Positions 7,776 through 15,094 of a DNA stretch of 15,094 nt are shown piece after piece (position 1 is the stretch's first letter; the number at the start of each line of letters is the position of its first letter). The translations under genes and the position numbers were made by a program. Source of the stretch: Methanocellales archaeon. GTDB lineage: Archaea > Halobacteriota > JAWCLZ01. The stretch is taken from positions 1 through 15,094 of the forward strand of contig JAWCMA010000027.1 of assembly GCA_038850285.1 (NCBI GenBank), given 5' to 3'. Below the pieces are notes generated by a model. It ran no database searches and was not told the origin of the DNA. It saw nothing but the letters and a program-made list of their open reading frames with translations.

Positions 7776-8284
7776 AGGCTCTACCCCCCTCTCTAAGAAA
7801 GCGAAAGAGATACATAGTTTTCGATGTAGATAGCGAAGATGATTTTTTAAAAAAAGAACTCAGCAATGCTATTTGGCGAGAAGCACTGGCTTTATTTGGA
7901 GAGGCAGGTGCAAGTGACCTTGGTATGGCATTGGTTGAATTTAACGGCTCTCAAGGTATATTGAGATGCAATCATAATCAAGTGGAAAGGGTTAGAGCGG
8001 TACTCGCCTCGCTGCGCAGTGTAAAGCGAATTAGAGCCGTACTTTACATTGCGAGCGTGGGTGGAACCATGAGGACAGCTATAGAAAAATTTAAGCGAAA
8101 AAAGGGTATAGGTAAAGTTATTAATAATATCCCTTCTCGCGTTGAACTGAAATATGTGTCTGGAAAGGTAAAGAGAATACGTGATGAGGAAATTGATATA
8201 ATTCCAGATAAAAATGAAATAATTGAGCGATCAAGTGTAAGTCTAATTGGAATAACAGCATTTGATTTAAAAGGTATAAATTGA
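7772..8284 (+). CDS. rnp2: Ribonuclease P protein component 2 (Pop5/Rpp14) with C-terminal extension
   Basis: LPPSLRKRKRYIVF, LFGEAG, GILRC, VGGTMR, plus synteny. Confidence 0.92.
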   Translation: MKALPPSLRKRKRYIVFDVDSEDDFLKKELSNAIWREALALFGEAGASDLGMALVEFNGSQGILRCNHNQVERVRAVLASLRSVKRIRAVLYIASVGGTMRTAIEKFKRKKGIGKVINNIPSRVELKYVSGKVKRIRDEEIDIIPDKNEIIERSSVSLIGITAFDLKGIN

Positions 8285-8299
8285 AAGGAGAGATAAAAA

Positions 8300-9085
8300 A
8301 TGCACATGGCACCCCAAATGGGTTATGATAGAGCAATAACGGTTTTCAGCCCTGATGGACGGCTTTTCCAAGTGGAATATGCAAGAGAAGCAGTTAAAAA
8401 AGGCACAACCGCTATCGGCATAAAATGCAAAGAAGGCGTGGCTTTACTAGTGGATAAAAGAGTAGCAAGCAAGCTCCTTGAAGCACCAAGTATAGAAAAA
8501 ATCTTTCAAATAGATGACCACATAGGAGCTGCATCCTCAGGTTTAGTGGCAGATGCAAGGATGCTGATCGATAGAGCGAGAGTTGAAGCGCAGATAAATC
8601 GCGTTACATATAATGAACCAATCGGGGTTGCAACGCTCGCTAAGCGAATTTGCGACCACAAGCAGACCTATACCCAATATGGCGGCGTTAGGCCATATGG
8701 CACTGCGCTTCTCATCGCAGGTGTCGATGATAACAAGCCCAGTCTCTTTGAAACCGATCCAAGTGGAGCTCTCTTGGAGTATAAGGCAACTGCAATTGGC
8801 GCGGGGAGAAGTGTCGCTATTGAGGTCTTCGAAGCTGAATACAATGAAAATGCTGATCTCGAAGGGGCAATTTTACTCGGGATGAAAGCGCTTTATAAAG
8901 CGGTTGAAGGTCAATTGGATGCTTCCACGGTAGAGGTCGGCGTGATCGATGTAAAGACAAAGAAATTTAAAAAACTACCAGCAGAGGAGATCCAAAGTTA
9001 TATCCAGAAAGTGCTTGCTAAGCAAAAGGAAGAAGAAAAGGAGAAGGAGAGGGAGAAGGAGAGAGAGAAGGAAAAGAAAGATTAG
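8300..9085 (+). CDS. psmA: Proteasome subunit alpha
   Basis: [28 protein letters not shown] signature, GVRPYG, ETDPSG. Confidence 0.98.
   Translation: MHMAPQMGYDRAITVFSPDGRLFQVEYAREAVKKGTTAIGIKCKEGVALLVDKRVASKLLEAPSIEKIFQIDDHIGAASSGLVADARMLIDRARVEAQINRVTYNEPIGVATLAKRICDHKQTYTQYGGVRPYGTALLIAGVDDNKPSLFETDPSGALLEYKATAIGAGRSVAIEVFEAEYNENADLEGAILLGMKALYKAVEGQLDASTVEVGVIDVKTKKFKKLPAEEIQSYIQKVLAKQKEEEKEKEREKEREKEKKD
9024..9081 (+). repeat. 58-nt purine-only tract with imperfect 12-mer repeat x3 encoding the E/K/R tail of PsmA
   Basis: GAGAAGGAGAGG GAGAAGGAGAGA GAGAAGGAAAAG at 9041-9076. Confidence 0.85.
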
Positions 9086-9093
9086 GTGACTAT

Positions 9094-9789
9094 ATGGTAA
9101 CTCTAGATGAAGCAGTAATAGCTAGGTTGAAAACTCGATCTATCCAGTTTGAAGTACTTGTAGATCCAGAGAAGGCATTAATGCTCAAGCGAGGCGCTAG
9201 TGTGGACCTGGAGGAATTATTAGCGGTGGAAGATGTATTCACTGATGCAAGCACAGGGGATAGACCCTCTGAGGAAGAACTTATTAAAATCTTCGGCACA
9301 AGCAATCCACTTGAAGTTGCTCAGCAAATTATAAAGCGGGGGGAAATCCAATTAACTTCTGAACAGAGGCGCAGGATGCTTGAGGAGAAAAAGCGAAAAG
9401 TCATAGAAGTTATAGCTAGGAATGCCATAAATCCACAGACGCGAGCCCCACATCCCCCAGCGAGGATAGAAAGAGCAATGGAAGAAGCCAAGGTTCATAT
9501 AGATCCGCTTAAGAGCGTTGATGACTTAGTGGCTGAGGTAATGAAGGCTATTAAGCCTATAATTCCAATTAGATTTGAGGAGATCGAAATAGCAGTGAAA
9601 TTCCCACCTCAATATGCAGCTAAAGCCTATGGTGAAATCGCGGCATTTGGGTCAATTACAAAGGAGCAATGGCAGAATGATGGCTCATGGATAGCGGTGG
9701 TGAAAATCCCCGCTGGGCTTCAAAATGATTTCTACAGCCTAGTGAACAAGCTCTCCAAGGGCGAGGCTGAGACTAGGCTTTTAAAGTAA
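9094..9789 (+). CDS. sdo1: Ribosome maturation factor SBDS/Sdo1
   Basis: [63 protein letters not shown]. Confidence 0.96.
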   Translation: MVTLDEAVIARLKTRSIQFEVLVDPEKALMLKRGASVDLEELLAVEDVFTDASTGDRPSEEELIKIFGTSNPLEVAQQIIKRGEIQLTSEQRRRMLEEKKRKVIEVIARNAINPQTRAPHPPARIERAMEEAKVHIDPLKSVDDLVAEVMKAIKPIIPIRFEEIEIAVKFPPQYAAKAYGEIAAFGSITKEQWQNDGSWIAVVKIPAGLQNDFYSLVNKLSKGEAETRLLK

Positions 9790-9804
9790 ATTTGAGGTAT
9801 TGAA

Positions 9805-10482
9805 ATGGCAGAGGAAAGAAGCATAGTGATCCCAGGGGATCTACTATCGGAAGATCCAAAGCAAGCTGGAGAGGGCACCTATATTGAAAGAGGCAAGGTA
9901 TACTCAGCTTTATATGGCTTGATTGAGAAGCGAGATAAAATAAGAGTAATACCCTTAACAGGCAAGTACATACCGAGCAAGGGAGATGTGGTAATTGGAA
10001 AAATCGTGGATATAACCTTCTCCAACTGGATCGTGGATATAAATTCCCCCTATGAAGCACTGCTTCACATCTCGGAGTATCCGGAAAAAGTGGATCAAAG
10101 TAACATGGATCGCTATATCAAAGTTGGTGATTTAATAATTGCCAAAGTTGTGGATGTTGATGCCACCATGAAGATTGAGCTATCAATGCGCGATGATCGA
10201 TCTAGAGTGCTCAAGCACGGTAGAATAATTGACATCTCCCATACTAAGGTGCCTAGAGTTATAGGTAGAAATGGCTCTATGATAAGCATGCTTAAAAAGG
10301 AGCTTAACTGCAGCATCTTCATCGGCCAAAATGGAAGGATATGGATCCGAGGCGAGGATGAAATGGTTGATTTCGCAACTAAGGCGATTTTAAAAATCGA
10401 GAGAGAAGCGCATACCGCTGGGCTTACCGATAGAATAAAGGAATACATCCATAATTTGAAGAAAAAGGGAGATTTAAAATGA
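9805..10482 (+). CDS. rrp4: Exosome cap protein Rrp4 (S1 + KH)
   Basis: [47 protein letters not shown]. Confidence 0.96.
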   Translation: MAEERSIVIPGDLLSEDPKQAGEGTYIERGKVYSALYGLIEKRDKIRVIPLTGKYIPSKGDVVIGKIVDITFSNWIVDINSPYEALLHISEYPEKVDQSNMDRYIKVGDLIIAKVVDVDATMKIELSMRDDRSRVLKHGRIIDISHTKVPRVIGRNGSMISMLKKELNCSIFIGQNGRIWIRGEDEMVDFATKAILKIEREAHTAGLTDRIKEYIHNLKKKGDLK

Positions 10483-11207
10483 ATGGAAAACCAGAGAGGT
10501 TTATAATTGATGGAAAGAGACTCGATGGCAGAGCACCTGAGGAACTTAGACCAATAAAGATAGAAGTGGGTGTGCTCAAGCGAGCAGATGGCTCGTGCTA
10601 CATCGAATTCGGAGGCAATAAAGTAATTGCAGCTGTTTATGGCCCGAGAGAAGTGCATCCCAGGCATCTGCAAGAGGTTTCCAGAGCAATAGTTAGATAT
10701 AGATATAACATGGCTGCCTTCTCCGTTGATGAAAGAAAGAGACCTGGGCCTGATAGAAGATCGGTTGAAATTTCAAAGGTAAGTCGAGAAGCACTTGAGC
10801 CAATTATACTCACAGATTTATTTCCAAGATCAGTGATCGATATCTTCGTGGAAATACTTCAAGCAGATGCTGGAACTAGAGCTGCTGGGATAAATGCAGC
10901 TTCCGTGGCTCTTGCGGATGCCGGCATACCAATGAAGGGCTTAGTATCGGCTTGTGCAGTGGGCAAAGTTGATGATACAATTGTGCTTGATTTAAACAAA
11001 GAAGAAGATAACTTTGGCCAAGCTGATATGCCAGTAGCTATAACTCAAAATGGAGACATAGTTTTGCTGCAAATGGATGGACATTTAACTAGAGAGGAAT
11101 TCTCAAGAGCACTGGAACTGGCGAAGAAGGGATGCTGCGAGATCCTTAAGCTGCAGAGAGAAGCGCTGATCAAGAAATACCGCGAGGATAGAGAGGCGAT
11201 TGAATGA
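10479..11207 (+). CDS. rrp41: Exosome phosphorolytic exonuclease Rrp41
   Basis: [56 protein letters not shown] (active-site residues intact). Confidence 0.97.
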   Translation: MNGKPERFIIDGKRLDGRAPEELRPIKIEVGVLKRADGSCYIEFGGNKVIAAVYGPREVHPRHLQEVSRAIVRYRYNMAAFSVDERKRPGPDRRSVEISKVSREALEPIILTDLFPRSVIDIFVEILQADAGTRAAGINAASVALADAGIPMKGLVSACAVGKVDDTIVLDLNKEEDNFGQADMPVAITQNGDIVLLQMDGHLTREEFSRALELAKKGCCEILKLQREALIKKYREDREAIE

Positions 11208-11983
11208 CTGAGGAAATAATCGCAGAGATAAGAAAGGATTACATCTACAACCTTGCAAGGAAGGGAGAGCGCGTAGATGGTAGAGCTTTTGATCAATACC
11301 GCGAGATCTTGGTTGAAATAGGTGTTATATCCAAAGCCGAGGGCTCAGCTAGAGTTAAAATTGGAAATACTCAAGTAATGGTTGGAATAAAAATTCAGCC
11401 AGGAGAGCCATTTCCAGACACCCCTAATCAAGGTGTTATTGTAACCAATGTAGAACTAGTGCCACTAGCATCTCCACTATTCGAGCCAGGGCCTCCGGAT
11501 GAAAATGCAACTGAACTAGCAAGAGTGGTAGATAGAGGAGTGCGGGAATCAGGAGCAATAGATTTAGATAAGCTCTGCATCATACCCAATGAAAAAGTCT
11601 GGATGGTCTTCATCGATGTGCATGTATTAGACCACGATGGCAATTTAATGGATGCCTCAGCACTGGGTGCAATAGCTGCTTTGAAAAATGCCAGAGTGCC
11701 TGCTAAGAAATTTGGACTTGGAGAGGACTTTCCTCTACCACTTAGAGATCTACCAATAGCGGTTACCGCGGTTATACTTAACGGTGCAATAATTCTAGAC
11801 CCAAACTTAGATGAAGAGCACATTGCAGCTGGAAAGCTAACGGTGATATCCAACTCACGCGGCGATCTAGCGGGTATGCAGAAAAGCGGAAGTGCTATGC
11901 TTAACTCTGAGCAGGTTTTGAGGATAGTTGAACTGGCATGCAAAAAAGCTCAAGAGATTCGAAGTAAATATCTAGAGGGATAA
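11204..11983 (+). CDS. rrp42: Exosome core protein Rrp42
   Basis: [53 protein letters not shown]. Confidence 0.97.
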   Translation: MTEEIIAEIRKDYIYNLARKGERVDGRAFDQYREILVEIGVISKAEGSARVKIGNTQVMVGIKIQPGEPFPDTPNQGVIVTNVELVPLASPLFEPGPPDENATELARVVDRGVRESGAIDLDKLCIIPNEKVWMVFIDVHVLDHDGNLMDASALGAIAALKNARVPAKKFGLGEDFPLPLRDLPIAVTAVILNGAIILDPNLDEEHIAAGKLTVISNSRGDLAGMQKSGSAMLNSEQVLRIVELACKKAQEIRSKYLEG

Positions 11984-11986
11984 AAA

Positions 11987-12358
11987 ATGGTTGAAAAAGC
12001 AGCTAAAGGCAGAAAAACAAAGTCAGCAGGGAGATTTGGCGCTAGATACGGGCGCAAGGTCCGAAAGCTAGTTGTAGATATAGAAGAGCAAATGAGGAAG
12101 AAGCACCTTTGCCCGAAATGCGGTAGAATGAGTGTGATAAGAAAGGGCACGGGAATCTGGCAATGTAGAAAATGCAAGGTAATATTCGCTGGAGGCACAT
12201 ATTTACCTTATACTTCAATTGGTAAAACAGTTATACGCTCCATAAAGAAGGAAGCGGGGGGAGAAGCAGCAGAAGAAATAGAAGGAATAGAAGATATAGA
12301 AGGAGAAAAAGCAGGAGAAATAGAAGGTGAAAAAGAAACCAAGGGGCCTAAAAAATGA
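11987..12358 (+). CDS. rpl37ae: 50S ribosomal protein L37Ae (eL43) with acidic C-terminal extension
   Basis: [18 protein letters not shown]...[10 protein letters not shown] zinc ribbon, FAGGTYLP. Confidence 0.97.
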   Translation: MVEKAAKGRKTKSAGRFGARYGRKVRKLVVDIEEQMRKKHLCPKCGRMSVIRKGTGIWQCRKCKVIFAGGTYLPYTSIGKTVIRSIKKEAGGEAAEEIEGIEDIEGEKAGEIEGEKETKGPKK

Positions 12359-12492
12359 CCTATAAATGCGCAAGCTGCAAGAGGCCTGTTGAAATCGACT
12401 ATGAATATGGCGGAGTGCGCTGTCCCTACTGCGGGCATCGAGTGCTATTGAAAGACCGTCCCACTATAATAAAGAGGATAAAAGCAGAGTGA
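12355..12492 (+). CDS. rpoP: DNA-directed RNA polymerase subunit P (Rpo12)
   Basis: Below the ORF-track size cut-off. Manual translation [45 protein letters not shown] (45 aa) with CxxC...RCPYCG. ATGA overlap with rpl37ae, canonical position. Confidence 0.96.
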   Translation: MTYKCASCKRPVEIDYEYGGVRCPYCGHRVLLKDRPTIIKRIKAE

Positions 12493-12542
12493 GTTAAATT
12501 TATAATCCATCTAGCAATAATAAATAATTTTGCAGGGAAAAT

Positions 12543-13442
12543 ATGGTTGAATTTGAAAAATTGAGACACGGTACTGAGTTATTGAAGCGCGGCTTTGCAA
12601 AAATGCAAAAAGGCGGCGTAATAATGGATGTTACTAATGCAGAGCAAGCTAAAATTGCTGAAAAAGCAGGGGCAGTGGCAGTGATGGCACTTCAAGCTGT
12701 GCCAGCGGATATACGCAAAGCAGGTGGAGTGGCTAGAATGGCAGATCCCAAGATCATTGAGGAAATCATGGATGCAGTTACCATACCAGTAATGGCTAAA
12801 GTGAGAATAGGTCATTTTGTGGAAGCAGAAATTTTAGAAGCCCTTGGCGTGGATATGATTGATGAATCTGAAGTTCTAACCCCAGCTGATCCAGAATATC
12901 ACATTGATAAAACTAAATTCACAGTGCCATTTGTTTGCGGTGCTCGTGACCTAGGGGAAGCGCTTAGGAGGATAAATGAAGGAGCTGCAATGATACGCAC
13001 TAAGGGCGAGGCAGGCACTGGGGATGTAAGTGAAGCGGTGAGGCATATGAAGAAAATTTTCTCGCAGATTCGAGAATTGAAGGCCAAAACTGAGGAGGAA
13101 CTTATGAGGGTGGCGAGGCAGATCGAAGCACCTTATGAACTAGTGGTTGAAACAGCTGAGCTCCAACGCTTACCTGTGGTGAACTTCGCAGCTGGGGGAA
13201 TTGCAACTCCAGCGGACGCTGCATTAATGATGCGCCTAGGCGCAGATGGGGTATTTGTGGGCTCGGGGATATTTAAGAGTGAAAATCCACCTAAGATGGC
13301 AGCTGCAATAGTGGAAGCTGTGAATAACTATGACAATCCAGCGAAGCTTGCGGGGATCTCAAAGGGCCTGGGCGAGCCAATGCGCGGACTCACCGTGAGA
13401 GCATTGGCAGAGCAGGAAAAGCTGCAGACGAGAGGATGGTAG
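12543..13442 (+). CDS. pdxS: Pyridoxal 5'-phosphate synthase lyase subunit PdxS
   Basis: [65 protein letters not shown]-terminal RGW. Confidence 0.98.
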   Translation: MVEFEKLRHGTELLKRGFAKMQKGGVIMDVTNAEQAKIAEKAGAVAVMALQAVPADIRKAGGVARMADPKIIEEIMDAVTIPVMAKVRIGHFVEAEILEALGVDMIDESEVLTPADPEYHIDKTKFTVPFVCGARDLGEALRRINEGAAMIRTKGEAGTGDVSEAVRHMKKIFSQIRELKAKTEEELMRVARQIEAPYELVVETAELQRLPVVNFAAGGIATPADAALMMRLGADGVFVGSGIFKSENPPKMAAAIVEAVNNYDNPAKLAGISKGLGEPMRGLTVRALAEQEKLQTRGW

Positions 13443-13450
13443 TTTAATCT

Positions 13451-13465
13451 AATATAATATAATAT
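13451..13465. repeat. AATAT x3 microsatellite between convergent stops
   Basis: AATAT AATAT AATAT in the 24-bp gap between pdxS and the zinc-finger/TPR gene. Confidence 0.7.
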
Positions 13466-13466
13466 T

Positions 13467-14153
13467 TCATTTCAGTAGATTAGCATATTCCCTTTGAGCT
13501 TCTTTTATCCTTCCCTCTTTTTCAAGCAAAGCAGCGAGATTTCCTCTTGCTGCGAGGTTATAGGGATTTATAGCTAGAGTCTCCCTATACGCTGCTTCCA
13601 GCCCTTTTGGATACATTATATCTCCATCTAGATAGCACATTACTCCATTACAGATTTCTTTAAATGAAAGCATTTCAGCGAGTTTAAATGCACGCTTAGC
13701 GACTTCTAAGTTTTCTCTAAGCTGACCGCGTTCTTTATTTAAAACATTTCGAGCTCTAGCTTTTTCAACTCTTTCATTTGAAGTTGCTTGAAATTCAGCT
13801 AGCAATTTCAAGATCTTTGATTTGAACTCAGGGGATTCATAATTCCTCAAACTAGTTATCTTTGCAGCTTCAAAAAAGGCACTTGCAATGCAGCTCCAAG
13901 TGGAATGCTCGATGGTGCCATTCAAAATGCGTTTTTCATTATAATATCTATGCTCTGTATCTGCATACCACTTCTCAAAATCCTCGGGAAGGGATTTTTT
14001 TGCCAAAAAATGTTTCATTGGATTTAAAAGCACTTTTTCTTCCTCGGTTAATAGCTCAACGTGTATCTTTGCTTTATGCTGAAGTAACTTCTCAAACCTC
14101 AAGCTTGCTCCACAGATGCTGCATTTTATGAATTTTACTCTCCTATGAGCCAT
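13467..14153 (-). CDS. Hypothetical protein: N-terminal C2H2-type zinc finger, C-terminal TPR
   Basis: CSIC-x12-H-x4-H (KCSICGASLRFEKLLQHKAKIH). AYRETLAINPYNLAARGNLAALLEKEGRIKEAQREY matches the TPR consensus. Confidence 0.72.
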   Translation of the reverse strand: MAHRRVKFIKCSICGASLRFEKLLQHKAKIHVELLTEEEKVLLNPMKHFLAKKSLPEDFEKWYADTEHRYYNEKRILNGTIEHSTWSCIASAFFEAAKITSLRNYESPEFKSKILKLLAEFQATSNERVEKARARNVLNKERGQLRENLEVAKRAFKLAEMLSFKEICNGVMCYLDGDIMYPKGLEAAYRETLAINPYNLAARGNLAALLEKEGRIKEAQREYANLLK

Positions 14154-14430
14154 TGCATGTAAATTGTATTAATAGTATTAATAATAAAAAATGCTTTGCA
14201 AATCATTTTATATGGAAGGAGTAAATGGTAAATTTCTGGCTTTATGGTGTATGTATAGGTTAAGGAGTAGAGCCCAGTGGTTCAAGGGGATGTGCTTTAT
14301 TTAAAGGAAGCGAGGTTGAGGCTAATTTGGGGTATCAAATCAAAGTATATCCCTATAAGCTTCGAGATTCCACCTGTTCTCATAGTGGAATAAAATAGAG
14401 GGAATTCTTAAAGCCATAAAAACTTGAGTC

Positions 14431-15094
14431 TTAGTTATAGCCTCCGCAGGTTCGGCAGTATCTTGACCATGAATCTATATTTGAATTGCAGTATCTGCAA
14501 CTCGCTCCACCTCTATTAGGCTGCGGGATACCTAGGTTTGTTTTATAAATTTCATAATAATAGAGTTGTTCTCGACTTCGAATCAGCACTTTATCCCTTT
14601 TAAAATACTCCTTCCTTTTTTCATTGAATTCCCATTCTGAGAGCTTAGAATTCAACTTATACATTAAAAGTACTATTCCGGATCCAAGTTCAATTGGTGT
14701 TTTCATTCTCCAAGCTATTTCACTTGGAATTATGCCCTCGAAGGCCTTGCGCAAGATCCACTTTCCCCATAGCAGTTCTTTTTCCCTTTTAACTTTAAAA
14801 TCCGGGTCGATCTCAGCGGCAAAGAATTTAAACTCTGAATCGAGATAGGGAAGCTTTATCTGCATTCCAAGGGCTTCTGCTAGTTCCGCGGATATGAATC
14901 TAATTTTGTTCATTGCACTTAGGAATCTCATCAGCTCTGCTTTTATCTCCTCTTTATTCATCGCTAGGAATTGAGGATAACCTGCGAATAACTCATCTGC
15001 TCCATCTCCGCTTATAAAAGTATTAATACCCCTTGCTTTAAGCTGCTTCAGGCAAATGTAAAGAGCTATTCCACTTCTAATTTGCATGGGGTCG
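14431..15094 (-). CDS. Asparagine synthetase-like ATP pyrophosphatase domain protein with C-terminal zinc ribbon (5' end outside window)
   Basis: SGDGADELFAGY, LPYLD, GKWILRKAFE, IAWRMKTPIELGSG. C-terminal CRYC-x9-CRTC. The frame stays open to the window edge (..DPMQIR), so ATG 15087 is probably internal. Confidence 0.85.
   Translation of the reverse strand, partial: DPMQIRSGIALYICLKQLKARGINTFISGDGADELFAGYPQFLAMNKEEIKAELMRFLSAMNKIRFISAELAEALGMQIKLPYLDSEFKFFAAEIDPDFKVKREKELLWGKWILRKAFEGIIPSEIAWRMKTPIELGSGIVLLMYKLNSKLSEWEFNEKRKEYFKRDKVLIRSREQLYYYEIYKTNLGIPQPNRGGASCRYCNSNIDSWSRYCRTCGGYN

Noticed and set aside
7843-7856. Slippery run TTTTTTAAAAAAA in rnp2 as a programmed -1 frameshift
   Set aside because: The zero frame gives intact Pop5, I see no obvious stimulatory structure, and such runs are expected in Lys/Phe-rich AT-biased genes.
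10113-12438. Long minus-strand ORFs 10113-10673, 11428-11943 and similar
   Set aside because: Antisense to highly conserved exosome and ribosomal genes; no motifs.
14367-14395. Intrinsic terminator at ATTCCAC-N11-GTGGAAT
   Set aside because: The stem is not followed by a U-tract on either strand (on the minus strand the T-run precedes it).
14154-15094. Lasso peptide cluster (AsnB-like cyclase plus small ORFs)
   Set aside because: No small ORF shows the leader Thr(-2)/Gly core with acceptor Asp/Glu pattern, and no B1/B2 peptidase or RRE gene is visible; upstream context is outside the window.

Overview
Archaeal chromosomal window. The protein signatures (PdxS, Rpp30, LeuC N-termini, extended Pop5, intact exosome) point to Halobacteriota, probably a Methanosarcinia/ANME-like relative; the lineage is an inference. 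From left to right: a 3'-truncated thiC-family gene (minus, missed by the ORF track) lies divergent from an apparent four-gene operon (PflX-like radical SAM, FlK-type thioesterase, leuC, leuD). A minus-strand pair follows (internally duplicated DUF3786-like protein, MBL-fold hydrolase). Next is the conserved archaeal exosome/proteasome superoperon (rpl15e, COG1325, rnp3, rnp2, psmA, SBDS, rrp4, rrp41, rrp42, rpl37ae, rpoP; rpoP also missed by the ORF track), then pdxS, a C2H2-zinc-finger/TPR protein and a 5'-truncated asparagine-synthetase-like gene. I see no CRISPR array, tRNA, rRNA or intact mobile element. Most of the window is housekeeping. The items most worth following up are a structured 5' leader on rpl15e, the radical SAM-thioesterase-leuCD linkage, short tandem repeats and palindromes in most larger intergenic gaps, and repeat-encoded charged tails on PsmA and eL43. 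I cannot demonstrate a new biological system from sequence alone.
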